Part shown: positions 12,649 through 27,100 of the stretch, piece after piece
Numbering within the stretch: position 1 is the stretch's first letter
Layout: every line of letters starts with the position of its first letter
Source of the DNA: Botryllus schlosseri
Lineage: Eukaryota
DNA length: 64,000 nucleotides
Reading direction: 5' to 3'
NCBI GenBank assembly: GCA_051294905.1
Contig: CM119372.1
Location: 8,744,001-8,808,000, forward strand
Notes under the pieces: model-generated
Database searches by the model: none
Told to the model about the DNA's origin: nothing
Seen by the model: the letters and a program-made list of their open reading frames with translations, nothing else
Made by a program: the position numbers and the translations under genes

Positions 12649-14057
12649 CCCCATATTTTTATGTTTTAGCTAGGTCAAGGTAGATATGATATGACGACTG
12701 AGACATTTCTAAAATCCGAATCCAGTCCAGCCCCGCTGGAAATCTATAGTAAATCTTTAACTTGTTCTGTTTATTGTTTATATCGTCCCGTTCTGACTTT
12801 TCAACAGGATCCTAATCTCCGGTTCCAACTCCGTCTACTACCCTGTTATTAAATTATTTTGCTGCTTACTTGCTGATCTTTGCCGTTGTCTTGTCTTCCG
12901 TAGTCGGAGTCGCTAAAGCCTTGTTTGAAATTTCTTCGTTATTGGCGTCAGCATCTATCTGTGGAAATTGGACACTGCAGTTGTATGTAAAATTGCTGAT
13001 GTCCAGCGTAACTTTTCGAAGTGTATGTATCAATCAATAGCGAGAACTTCGAGTCCCACAACTCGCTTAAGCTTGTGCATGGAGGCTGGATGGCTAAGGG
13101 TTTGCGGTTAGGGGATTGGATTCCTGCATACTATTCTCGTGTGGTATGCAACTAGTAACTCTATCGATAGATCAGGCCCATACGTATCTTTTGAGTTCAG
13201 CTCCACCATCTAGCGCAAGTCCCGCAATATGGGGTCAGCGTTTTGTCAAGTTGAAATCAAGGAAGGAATATGGTGATGAGACGGACCTTGTATATGGGAG
13301 AACCCGCGCCATAGAAGCGTTACCACGCATTGGTTTGGTCACCTGACATGAAGTTATATTAAAAGTTTTGAAGTGGCATGCTAGTGGACCACGCCACACT
13401 CACATCCGCCTGTATGGAATCGGTGTCTGTCCTGTGCTCACACTATATTCTATTTTTCAATTATTTTTTATTAAATTACTTTAACTTGGAGAATCATCGC
13501 TGCTCACCTGATATATCAGGCAAAAAGGCCAGCGATTCCAATCAGGCGACACATGGTCGTCCTATATCTGTTCATTACATCACATCGTAACTTGTACATC
13601 ATATTATACAGTGTGCGTCTTTAGCAGAGATACAAAATTCTAGCGTTGACCATTTGTAGCACATGAACACAATACACAATCAATATTTTACTGGGTTTGA
13701 ATCACAATGATGAATCCAAGTGGTAATTTTTAGAAAGTGCTGCATTGTAATTTAAGATCCGTATCGAGTCTATACATCCTAATAAGCCCAATATTTTGCA
13801 TTTTCTGTTTGTTTCGAGTTTATTTGTTGGCTCAGAGAACCTACTGATTCAACTCTCAATCATATTTATATAATAAGAGTACCATATATACAATTTTATT
13901 GAAGGCATTCACCATCAACAATAACCTTTTAAATACATTATAAACTTGGAAAGACAATATCTTAGACATAATAAGTACAGAATTTGGCAGGCCTTACTTC
14001 ATCAAAACAATGGGTATTCAATGTGTTATCTGAAATCAATTTTAATACTAATAACTA

Positions 14058-14608
14058 TAGGGCAAGTTTTTGAAAGTTTTTTTCCAGCTTCCCAAGTACT
14101 CAGAATTTAAGTGAGATGTTATAACTGTATTTAGGATTTTTATACTGCAACTTTTCTCTATTTTTCATGTGACTTTTTATTGCAACTTCTATCAAGTATT
14201 GCACAAAATGTAAAGGAATGATTAAAAAAAACTTGCTATAAAACTATCTTGACTATGGTTTTAGTCCCTTTAGTTTGCATAACAATGAACAATGTGATGG
14301 ATTAGCTGCATCTCAATGTTATCTATGACACAACAGTAAGTTGGCTTACAATAGTAGACTATGGGAGCTGTTACTCTCTTCAGGATGCCTTTTTATTTCT
14401 CTTCCATGAGTGAAGACAGGAACAGAGATTATTGCTCAATATTGCTTCTGTGACTGATTAAATGCAAGGCTGTAGAGTGCTAGTTGTCAGTTATTAGGAC
14501 ACTTGTTTCCATAGTGTATTGTTGATTGTGCATATATGCAACTTTTTACCGCAACTTTTGTTAAAATGAAGTGCAAGTCATTATTTTAGTGCCAAAAAAC
14601 TTGCCCTA
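14058..14608. mobile_element. MITE with TAGGGCAAGTTTT TIRs (GCAACTTTT-rich family)
   Basis: TIRs tagggcaagttttt/aaaaaacttgcccta. A sister copy at 24282-24742 has TSD atattaac/ataataac. Confidence 0.7.
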
Positions 14609-15152
14609 GTAATAACAATTTAACTATTTCATTGCATTTCAAATAGTATCAATCAAACCCTAACTGCGACATTGTTGTTCTATGGGCCGTGAGAAAGGAA
14701 AAAAATATAGGGCTATTATATTGAATGATATTTTTCTGAAATAGTCATTTGAAGCAAACAAGTCAGTAGTACTGTTGTATAATACAGCTTCGATATAATA
14801 TTTTGAACTCAAGATTCACGGCCGTGGTCTTTTCTTGGATCAGGGAGAGATTTTTATTGTCGAATTTCCCCTGGGCTACTAAGAATATTCTGAACACAGC
14901 CTTCACGCAATTTCTCTCAACTGCATAGTCGTATGAGTTGAAAATTAATTGAAGTATTTACTGTTGCTATCTAAATAGTTACTATCATGACAGAGGTGGG
15001 TGAGTCTAGCTATCGCTGGAATAAAAATGAAAATAGCACCTAGTAACCATATTGAGTTTCTGATAATTATGGATTCCGCAATCAGTATGATGAATTTTCT
15101 AACAATCAACAATTTCAGCATTGTCATGTTAGTTTAGTCATACTTGATAAGC

Positions 15153-18100
15153 ATGGACAGAAGGCATCGTTCTGGTGCTGCAAGTTCCAACTCTAACTGG
15201 AACAATAACAGCGGCGATAACAATTCAAAACCCCATGTTCCAAGTAAGCCGAACCGTCTCACCGGATTGAAAAACCCTACAACACCCACGCCATTCACAA
15301 AAGACATAGTCACTCCCAAAGGATGGATCCCGCAACAAAAGTTCACGTTCGGTCCAGCGGAAAGTAAGGATTCTCGAGGCTCTGAGGGGGAACAGTACGG
15401 ATCGAAAAATGCGGACGTTATGTCGACTCCAAAATGGAGATCGGTGCCAAAAGTTACCCAAAAGCAACGGTCTATAAATGACACTGGCTCTAATGTATTA
15501 CCTGGAAAATCTGACGCACAATCTACCGAGGGATCTACGAAAGACAACGAGGGCAAAAAACTGCGTGGCAGGACGCGATTTTCAGCTGTGTGAGTGTTCT
15601 GACTTCTACTAATCTTCATATAGTGTGTTTTGTATTGAGACTTTTCGTGTTTGCAGAAGTTCACAAATCACTAGACCAGTGGTTCTCAACTCAACCTTTT
15701 TGTCATCGCGGGCCCCTTTTGGACCGTGTCGGGACCCCCTCAAGATATAGTTCAAATGTAGCCTAATTATCGCGTGACCGTAATCTGTCTTGTACAAATA
15801 TGAAACATTACTGGCCGATTCTCTCACAATGGGTACTCTGATAGAGTATGCCCTACTCACTGGTCGATATATAATACTCTCATCATAGATCCAGTGCAAA
15901 AGACCGTTAGAAGGCGAGCAGCCGAGCACCAATATTAAACTCATACAAAAACAACAACAATTACGACAATGGCCATTCTGTTGATATACGAGTCCTGGAG
16001 TTGAGGCGAAATTGCCTTGTGATTTTCCTAATTTAAAAAATGACAAATTAGGTTATCAGCAATCATGTTGCAAATTTAGAGGTTTCGTGGACCCCTTGAA
16101 AATGCTTCACGGACACCGGTTGAGAACCACTGCACTAGACTATTTTGGTAAGAATTCGAATCTGGGATGTTGAGGGATTAAATTTCCAACTTAATATCAA
16201 TTGCTAGTACTACACCCCAGTCACTGTATCACATGCTGATTTTGTTTACACTTTACTGTTTTATTCTTACTATGGAACCATAGTCTCCAACAATCTGCTA
16301 GGCAATGCATAAAGATGGAGAGAAAGTTAATTTGGTCACTCCTAACATCTGTAAAGAAAGGTTTATTATACTCATTAGAACTTTGAAAACATTGTCAACC
16401 GGCAACCGCCATGTGGTTATGGCTTTCATTTCTGAATATTATTGGTATAGGTGCTGAACTAGACTTCTCCAGATTACATTCCATGTTATTTACTGGATAT
16501 TAGTTGAGACGGGTTATAAAAACACACCGAGAGGCAAGTGTTGTGTTTGATTGCTAGGGTCAATCTAATTCTCCATCAGTATCTTTCCGTGATCATAATA
16601 TTTAATTTGAGATAATGTTTGTTCAATCCTCCGATGGTCACCAATCGCGGCTAGCTATGTTTAACAAAGACCGGTCCATTATAGACCTGAACTGGTATGG
16701 CGGCTAATGTTTCATTATAGTGATTCAAGTAAGCATGCTATCATTTCAGTGAAGATGAAGATGTTCAAAGGAGTGTGGGATCACTGAAACGTATTTGGAA
16801 CGAAAAGATTAATGATCCCGATAAACAGCAAGGCCGAAATTTGAAAACTAGTAGCCTTGCTGCGAAAGATCGCCAAGGAACAGCAGATGGCAACCGTAAA
16901 GTACAGCCACCTGAAAATAAAGATTTGACGACCAATGGTACAGTTCATCGATCGACATCGTCATCCAGCGATGGATCGGTGCGGACTGCAAGCTTCAAAA
17001 GCAAAGAAGCGACTTGGCATTATGTCACTGCTAATCCGTCACCGAGTTTTTCCGCCGATGCCTTACCATCTAAGGTCGATCTGAATGAATCTCAGACGTT
17101 CTCGGCGCCTGGAAAGAAATTTGATCATACGATCCTCGCACCGAAACCGTTTCAATCTTCCTTCGACGAGTCTGGATCGGGGCAGCGACAACGGTCCAAC
17201 AACTCAACATTGATAAAATCGAAAAGCAGAAAATCTTCTTCCCGTGTCTCCAGGAAATCACGACAGCGCAAGCAGGAGATATACTCTGAGAGCGATTCCC
17301 AATCTAACTCAGGTGAGACTAACTGTTTTGTAAAAACTTTGTATCTCTTATGCTGCAGCTGTGGTAATGATGTAATTTTGTTGAATTTGCTTTTGAATTG
17401 CTGTCTGGAGCCATCAATTTTGTCAGGGTTGAGACAATATGCCCATTATAATTAAATTCCACATAAAAGGCTTGTAGTCTCGCAAGGGTAACTGTCTGGT
17501 AATAATTTCAAATATAATGTCCAATACGGTGTAAGTAAGTAGGCATGCATCAGGCACAAGCACCAACACCAGTGGAATGCTTTCTAGAAGTCGCAAATTT
17601 CTCGTAGAGCTAGTGAGATAACAGATAACTTACGGTTCTAAGATGTTTTTTGAATGTTTGGATGCAAAATTTTACGTCATTCGTACCATTTGATAGTGTG
17701 GTCTAGGATTAAGGCAGAAATTTTGTGTCGTTTCAAATCTCAACCGTGGTCGATCTCTAAGATACTTTATAGGCTTTTTGTCGAAGTTCTGAAACAGTAG
17801 GCTAATCGAAACTAAGATTTATTAAGAAATAAATACTGTCCAGATGAAAATACCGAAGAAGCAGAAATGAGAATTGCTCGCAAAAAAGGTACTCTGGTCA
17901 CGCGTTACGACAGTCGGGGCCGTAAGTACAAAATTGACCCACGAACTGGAGATATAATCAATGCAGATGACGACGAGGAAGAGAAAAGAAAATCGACCTC
18001 GCGCCCGGCATTCACCAGAATGGATGCGGTGTCGGTCGAAGAAAACTCGTCTGGCCGATCGTCCTCCAAACAAAAGACACCCAGTGGACCTGCCCCGGAA

Positions 18101-21100
18101 GAGGTCCCGCCTCCTCTTTTGCCGCGAGAGAAGGCCACTTCTCGCGCCGACAGTTCTGTTGTGCCGCCAAGTCGCGGACGCATGACCAAAAGCGTAACTC
18201 CGATCTCGATGTATTCTGGAAGGCTCTCGTACAATCCGCCATCGCCCGATTACTTTTCCGGCGGTCTCAGCCCGGAAACGGCCGTGCCGCCGCCGTTGCT
18301 GCCCCGAGGCCGGCCCGGGGACACAGAAATCGCGCCGGACTACACTCCGATGTCTGGTGCGGAAATGGAAATACCCATTAATGATTTTGGTAGCTCGGTT
18401 AGTTTGAATTCGTATCTGGATCAAAGTGCGTACGCGCCTATGCAGGGGAAGGATGATGGGAGGTCTGACTCGTTTGCTGATGAGGTTTGTGGTGATTTTA
18501 TATCTTTAGAATAGTATTAAACATTTTTAGTATCGTATATGCATCAAAAGTCTTCAAATACGTTCATAGCAAGTTGACCATCTCATGAATTGGTCGTTCA
18601 AGTTGGATTTCGGAATTCTATCCTTAGCCGTTATGTTGATGCATTTTTGTCATTGATTTGGTTTGCTTGAATTGATGTGATCAATTTTCTGCTATTGGTA
18701 AAAGTACGAATTTTTACAATGCTGATGCGCTCCCATGATATATTGCAATCAGCGGCCAGAGGGTTTTGAAGGCAATGCGTGGCCAATGATTGTTACGTTA
18801 TATTTCTCCATATTACTTACTGTATGGGAGAAACGGAGCGTATCTGATTTCACCTGTAACATTTTAACACCGGTACAGATTACCTAATCATATATTTTTA
18901 GGCTGATTCGTGTATAATACCAGATGAGTTGGAAATCCCCATAATGAATTACAGTAGGACTATTCCTTATCTGGCAAAGAATTGTAACGGTTAGGTTGAA
19001 CTTGTGATCTGTAATAGCCATGCAATAACAAAATAGACTTCCTCAAATTTTGGATTACGTTCCTATTGAGATACAAGTATCAGTGATAGGCCTATATTTT
19101 GTGTTTAATTTTAGACTTATCATCATCACTTCGAGTTCATTCTATTTACTTAGCCTTAGATAAAAGGGAATGGGGGAAAAACTGTATGCATATAGTCCCA
19201 CTCTGTTTGAGTTGTAAACATGTGAAGCATTGGCCGTTTCAAGTCTCATTTCTTGATTGTGGAATTTCAGAACGATACATTTACTTACTCAGCGGCTGTC
19301 AACCCGGCTCCAATTAATTATCGCAGGTCAATACGAGAATATCACGAGATCGATCCTGAATTGGAAGGTCAGTTTTCTCTACTGGTTTTCTGCACATTTT
19401 ATACCGACATAACTCTAGTCACTACTGAGCATTGTTGATGGTTCTGAATTAACGGTGTCAGCTACTGATGTCACCGTATCATTGAACATTGAACGCTGAT
19501 TCATATATGCTCGACTTTTTCAAGATATTCATTCATCTTAATTTGTGTATTCGCAATCAAGTCTCCTCGATTAACAGATTTAGAAAAAAAATAGTTTCTA
19601 GGATACAGTAATCAATGCAGTTTTGTGGATTGTTTGTCCGCTTAAAGGAGCTATAGCAGATAGAGAATTTTTGGTTTAAAGGTTTTCATGATTGTAGAAT
19701 GTCACATTACAGAACGATGTTCAATTTATTTTGCAGCGGCTGTGTGGCAGAAATCACCTACAGGAAACGCACCACCTCCTCCACACTCTCCCCCTCCGTC
19801 ATTGGCAAAAAATTCTGTGCCCGACCCCTATACCACCGCTCACGCGCCAGCGGTACCCAATATTCCCGAGTCCCCGCCGCCACTGCCACCCATGAATCAC
19901 AGGAAGTTGAATTACATCGACGTAGAGTTCAAATCTCAGCCGCCGGGTCAGTCCGGGGATGGTAGAAAATCAGCCAAGACGAACTATAGTCAGGTCGTCA
20001 TGGGAAAAAGGTCCAAGGACGACACGTAAGATTTATTTGAGAAAAATTTCGGTATCGCTTGAAATTTGTATTAAAACTGTTTTCAAGTTTTCTTATCTGG
20101 TGCAGATTAACATTGAAAATTCACATTAGAATTGAAAAAATATCAATCAAAAATCGTGAATTTTTTGTAGTTTGAAGTTTTGACCCGACTAATTTTCTGA
20201 AATTCCAAACAGTTCTGCTGCAACACTTTGATGATTAACTGGAAACGCTTTCTCTCTAATGATTATTGTGCAGTGGAATTCTGATTCAAGCACCATCTTT
20301 ATACTTGCTGTGATGGTTTCGTGACGTAGACAGTGCAAAAGTATTCCTTGTTTTTGGTTTCCTGACCTTACAGACTGCCTACATAAAATAATGTAAATTG
20401 CAGTAATTATTGTGTATCTTGAGAAGCGTGCCTCGATAAAATACTATCAAATGTAGTTACGTGTGGCTGGAATCATTAGTACACAGGTTTGATTGGGTGA
20501 TGTTTTTGACATAAACATGTGGAGGTCATATACCTATTCTATTTAAAGGACTGCTTCTGTGTACAATGTCCAGAAAATATTGTTATCTCAGTATAGTTCT
20601 ATATATGCACAAGTCTAACATCACCTTGTCTTCCTAATAGTGAAGTAAAGCGAGGGAAAACCTTAAAAGAGAAACTGATGGCCATCGTATCTTCAAACAA
20701 GAATCCAGATGGATATACCAGCGAAGGCGATGCAATCACCTCCAAGGTACGCCAAACGCTACCATGTTTCATTCGTTATACACTTGTAAGCCATGCAATC
20801 ATATGTGAGGAACCGGTATTGCATCACACTGCTCGCACGAATCCAACCCTTCTTGTACCGTTCTGATGACCCTACCGTGATAGATTTATATCCTGTCGCA
20901 AGTGTAGGCAGCTCCAGGGCATGAGCGCGCTGATGCACTTGAACGAATCTTGTGCACTTGCCCAAGAATTATCATCTGAGGATGTAGTCTGTTATTATGT
21001 GGCAATGACGATTTGATTTGGATTCGTTTTTTGAGGTGAATGTGTGTCAGCTGAAATTGTTTTTAAAATGTGAATATGTAGTCTACTGCCAGTACTCGCT

Positions 21101-24100
21101 AGTTGTGCTTTACGGTGTATTTTGATACAAATGGTTACTTCCTTGGAAAGTGATGATTGCTTGTGGTTGCAAGAGTTGGGGTCAGCCTTTTGTGTATAGA
21201 TTTTGAAGCTGCGCTAAATTCGCTCGGATTGTGGAGTCAATTGATACAAATTCGACCATTTGGTGGAAAATAATGATTCACAAATGTCCTATTTCGTTCT
21301 CTTGTTTGCTTGAGTCACTCTAGTGCACAATTTTCTGTTTATTTCTCCTTACTATCGAGTGAAATAATTGTATGTTATTTTATTACGCTGGCTGCTGTGA
21401 ATGCTCGATTCAGTTCATTTGAACTTGAAGATAAGCTCGTGTCGCAACGGCGACGAATTATTTTCCTCAGCACTGTCTCAGTCAGTAGGCCTACCAACTC
21501 TAATTCAAGTACCAAAGCGCTTGTACTTACATATGTCTTAGACACTGTTGGTGACTGTGTTATAGGAGAAAATTATGCCACTGATCACGTATCTTGACTA
21601 AAGTACTTGTGTTTGTGGGTTTTATAGAAAATACGGAAAACTAATAGAAATATACGTAATGAATTGATGAGAACTGTTGCAACCATGGGTTGTTGCAACC
21701 TTGGCAAGCGTGTCAGGAGAGCTGGCAACGTTCTGTTAAGGAGAATTATTTTCGGAAGGCAACAACAGGTCTGTTGACTAAGTCGAGACTAAGTTGAATG
21801 TATTACCTCCTTGATGCCAACATAATATCCTTTGTCACATTCGCTAAATACCATTTTTGCGCAAATTCCATCTGCTACATTATATATGTAGACATCGAAA
21901 TCGACAAACAGATAGGAAAGGATGGTATTTGTTAATGGATACATTTACGGTGTATTAGAACAAATGGTGATTTTTTTAATGATATTTTGTTACCTTAATC
22001 ATCACTTATAAGTGGCAGTTAGTATTATGCCCTGTGATACATTTGCAGCTAATGTGTGATTAGCGTGTTCCCGTAGGTTTAATACTGTGTCCTTCGTCTG
22101 GTGTTGTGTTCTTTCTTTTGTATATTGTGACTTGCCACATTCCTTGTGTTCGGTATCAATGATATATTCTAATGTAACTATCAACTAAAACTTTTTTTGC
22201 GTCGGAACTAGGTCTCTTCTTGTAAAATATTTCTTGCTCATATCACCGACACGGTGCTGGGTTGCAAAACTCATTTGAATGACAAATTAGTCTAGTGATG
22301 AATAATCACATATGTTCACAACTGAGCGTCACTGTCCCGTGTAGTATCGGTATGATTCCTCGATTGCTTGCAACCGTGCAATGGTGTCATATATCCTATG
22401 ATTTTGCGAATGGTATGTTTCGATTACTGCCACGGCATGGGACTTGATGTCTCCGCGAGTTCCTTTTGTTGCTTTTGTGTGAGATCACAATCGCAAACAC
22501 TGAATCAATGGAATTCTTGAGGTGTTACACTATCAAAGATTTTGAATGACCATACCCTGTACCTTGTAAATATGTGTTACCCATGGCTAAATGTGATCGC
22601 AGTGGTATTATCAGTTCAGTTTAGGGGATGTTTTTATGACTTCCATCCCAGTCAGACTTCTTGAGAAGGGAATGGCTTTGTCTACTTCCCTGTTCGAAAT
22701 ACATGTCTGCTATGTTTTGCACATCATATCAAAATCCATTTGAACCATTTTTGAATTTGAAACCGGCTTTATTGCACGGATGCAATCTACTATTTCAAGA
22801 CACAAGCGGCGTTATTTTTACAGCACAACGACGACAGAACGACCGATTTCTCCAAGGAACGCAATAAACTGAAGCGTATGAGCAATAGAATTTTGAGGAA
22901 GAAGAAAATGAAGTCTCAGAATCGAGTGAGTCTGTCGCAACGTTCGTTCGCAATGCGTCGTGACGATTGCGACGTTATGTCACAGAGTCGAGACTCCAGC
23001 GAATTCGAGTTGTCGCAAACGGAAACGAGCGGCGAAAACGTTAGCGTCGGCATTTACGGATCCGCCACAAATCTCTCGTCGACTTCCTCGGAAAGTTCAA
23101 GGTAGGACCAGCGAATTCTCTTATTTTTTTGATGAGTTTCGTTTTCAAATGCGTGCGCCCCCAGAATTGCTACTCAGGTCTAACTAGAAGTAACGGCTTG
23201 AATTTTTACTCAATTAGAAGTAGAAGTAGTAATTTCCATGACATGTACAATAAAAACTGAGAGGGCTGGAAAGAACTCAAGCAAGTACTCTCAAAAAGTA
23301 GATTTGATTGTCGATTTGCACGCTTCCAGCTAATATATTAGTTAATTGTAGGTAGCTACTTTCGAAATGGTAAGACGTGTCTTCGCGACTATTGCAAAAT
23401 AACTTATGACGCTTCAAATAGGTACAACCTTGAAAAATATATCGAGTTATACCTGGGTGCACGGGCTATTTCACGAGACTCTTATGACATTTTCGCTAGT
23501 AAAAGCAATGCAAACTTATACCAAATCCACTGTCTACTTTTCAATTTCATCTATATGAATTCGCTGTTGGTGTTCTGCGACATCTAAATAATTTATATTG
23601 TAAGTCATGCTAGACGCGAAGCTTGTGGAAAGTGTTGGTGGGCGTGCAGCATCGCAGCATGATGGAGGCCTAATGTCGCAATTCTCAGTCGCTAAATGCA
23701 ACGAGTTATTTTTTCGCATGTGGTTGGCACCGGCATCGTTACTGCTGTATAAATGGTATCAATCGATCTGCTTGACGAAGACGTTTCGGGGTGGTACTCA
23801 ATTGATATGCATTTACATGCAATTAAGCCGAGTAAGCTGACTGCAATTAAACTGACCAGCGTACCTAAAGGGATTTGCCGATTAAGAATTGAAGGAAGTA
23901 TGGATTAACCATCGTTGTTTGCATTGTGTATGAAAATCTGCATCGCTGTAGAGCAGTGGCCGGGAACCTTTTTCGTCTGAAGAGCCATGTTAGCCCTGTA
24001 TTTTCCATTTTAACTCCCAAAGAGTCATACATGGCAATCAACTGTTACGTCACTATTGAGAATTCGTGACATGGTAGTACTAATTCGAACTCACTATACA

Positions 24101-27100
24101 TGGGAAACTCGTAACAGCATCAGTTTATTAATATTTTCATCGTTTCAAAACACCACGAAACTGCGATACCATGTAAAATAGGAAGATGTCGAAACAACCT
24201 GGAGTAGTCGTTGAAATCGTATGTTACTAATCATCCTATGATAGCGCAATTCATCGTAAATGGCTCAGAATTAATATTAACCAGGGCAAGTTTTTGTTGC
24301 AGTCAAATCCGTGGAAAGTTGCATTTCTTTTTCACAAAAGTTGCACCAAAAGGCCACATTTTGGTCGGTTGATTAAAAAAAAAAGGTCAACTTCCCAGAT
24401 CCACATCCTCCATTGGTTGACTAAGAAAAAAGGTCAACTTTCCGGCTTAGCTCCTGAAATACCCGTTAGAGCGTTACTTCAGTGCTGATTTACGGTATTT
24501 CAGTCGAATAATCAAGCAATCTATTTAGATATACTGCCAAATATTTCCAGTAAAAAGTTGGTTGCATGAAAAATTGAAAAAACTTGCAAAGTTGTAAAAA
24601 GTTGCATGAAAAAAATGGAAAAAAAGTTGCACTATAAGATTCCTTCAAACTGCTTGAAACAGCATTCTCCATAACTTCCGAGTCTTTAGGAAGCTGCCGG
24701 AAGCTGTAAAAATAGTTGCGAAAGTTGCAAAAACTTGCCATAATAATAACTGTTATAAATCTAATATAACTGTAGCACTGATTCCAAAAATAAATACTGA
24801 TCGACTTCTCAATTTGGCAGTAACATAAACGTTGCACTACACGCCTACATTTTAAGTGCATGCAGTACTAGGAAGCTACTTATCAATTTGGACGTGGATA
24901 GCGAATCGCTGTTTGTGATTTGGATTTGTAATTGGAATGTCACTTCCAAGGCAGTTCATTTCTCGGCGAAGATCAGGAAGACAATGTGTATGCGTTGTAA
25001 ATTGCTATTCTGCTATTCTCATGATCAACCATCGTATGGTGCTATCCAAGATTACGCAGTGTGCGATGCCGGGTACATCGAATTTGCTGGCGCTGCAGCA
25101 ACTCAAATTTGAGGATTTTGTAAAGGAGCCCGAGCCCTTAACCCTGGATACACCATTGCCTTGACCTCTCAAATTTAGTTTATGCTGCCACGTGAAAAAT
25201 TATTCTGGCCGTTGAGAAAATTTACCGACGAATTGCTGCAATTTCGATAAAATTAAGTACAAAATTGAAAACATGTCAAAGAGCCATATCTTATACGCAA
25301 GAGAGCCATATATGCCTCCCGAGCCATAGGTTCCCGACCACTGCTGTAGAGCATACTCGATACATATTGAAAACGATGTAATAACTACTTAATAACTAAT
25401 TGGAACGTTGACTCACTGACTTGAAACTGCCAGCATCAAACTGATTTATCATTTTCTATGACATAGTCTTCATCATCAAAGCGTGGATTGCTGGCACATT
25501 AGTATTTGACATGACATAAATGTTTGTTTGCCCCGTTTAATAAGCGCCATTGTGTACCTTGTATCTTGTGAGTTCATTCCAATGCTTTGAATCGCCTTTA
25601 TTCGTTTGTGACTCGAAAATACTATAAATGGCTTGTCGCTGTCTTCACGGATCACTGGATAATGATGCACTTGGTAATATGATCTCACTACATCAATTCT
25701 GTGATGCACGTGTGATGGTGCAGACCTCCAGTTCCACATGTATTTTGACATTTTTCCACATTATGTGTTTTGCTTGCATGGATCGCATGCTGTTATTTGG
25801 CTGTTAATCCTGTTGAAATTACAATCTTGTAAAAGTTTAGAGAAAGAAATCCTCAGAGTTTTGTTTTCTGCGTGCTTGATTAGCCTATATGTCGATAAGG
25901 TTTGCTATCTATGGCCTTAGTGACCTTTTGTGTTTGTCAATGGGCAAACTGGAATATGTTGGCTACTTCTGAACTTGTTTGCCGCAATTTAACCTGTTCT
26001 GGTGAAAGTGGTCTTGTCTTAAACATGAAACCGATAAAATTTGAGGCTTTATATAAGAACCGTGCGGATAATTTTGAGCGTGAATCGGATCTTCGTGTTG
26101 TAAGAACTGCTTTGAATTAAGCGAGGGTTGATATTGAGGACAAGATAACAAACCTGCCCTGAAATCTTACTCTTGAAGGTAAAAATGTTGTTCCCATCAT
26201 GTCAAATTTATAGTATGTTGTGATTATATCCCCCCATTCTTTATTGCAGAAGCTTGTCGCATCAAACCTCGGGTCAAAGCGGAGGTTCGGGAGACGGTCA
26301 GGTACGGACACGTGTATTGTCGCAGCTACTTTATGCCTGCTATTCGCCGATTTTCAATGCCTGGCGTAACGGTGAGTTGTTGTTAGGTCATGAGAGGACC
26401 AAACGCGGACCGGAGACAGAGTCACGAGCCCACGGCCACCCAATTGCCTCCGAGGCTCAGTCAGAAATCGCGCAGCGAAGCACACCTCGACGCCACGATG
26501 AGCCCGGCAAGGCAAACGGATTACTCTTTTGCTGCTTCGAATCCGACGGCGAACATCAGTGGACGAAAAAGCAGTCATGATGTAACAGGTGTGTCTACGA
26601 ATACCATCTATTTTGCTGGTTATAATAGATAGCATCAAACATGAAAAGTTATTTATTCCGTTTACCGTTGCGCATGAGACGCTTGTTTCGGGCAGTTAAT
26701 GTGTATACGAGCACCGTTCATGATACATGACAACTTTCAAAGAGTGTAAATTCACACTCGTGGATACTGCAAGCTGATGCGAGCTGCTGAAATTTAACGG
26801 TTTCAAGAGAAGTAGCCTACTCCTTACCGCCGGATTATTATTCATCTAACATGGGAAAATCTTACAAACTTGAAAAGAGCTTGGCGGCTGTGCGGTTTAA
26901 AACGCTAACGATGACATCTTGTGTCATCAATATTTCGAATGCGCCACGGTTACCCCGATGTCTGGTTACCAGTTTATTCCGCATGTTGAATTCGGCACTT
27001 GGCAAATATAGCGTTATAAATGTAATATAACTACTATTAATATGAAAACGATGCATTCATATTTGTATTTATAAATTCGAAAATGAAGGTATCGCTGAAT

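Noticed and set aside
17822..18424. 200-aa antisense ORF and similar shadow ORFs over exons
   Set aside because: These are explained by the GC-rich coding exons on the opposite strand.
22878..23105. Independent 75-aa gene or alternative first exon
   Set aside because: A good phase-0 acceptor at 22823 extends it in frame and links it to the 20641-20746 exon; an internal start cannot be excluded but is not needed.
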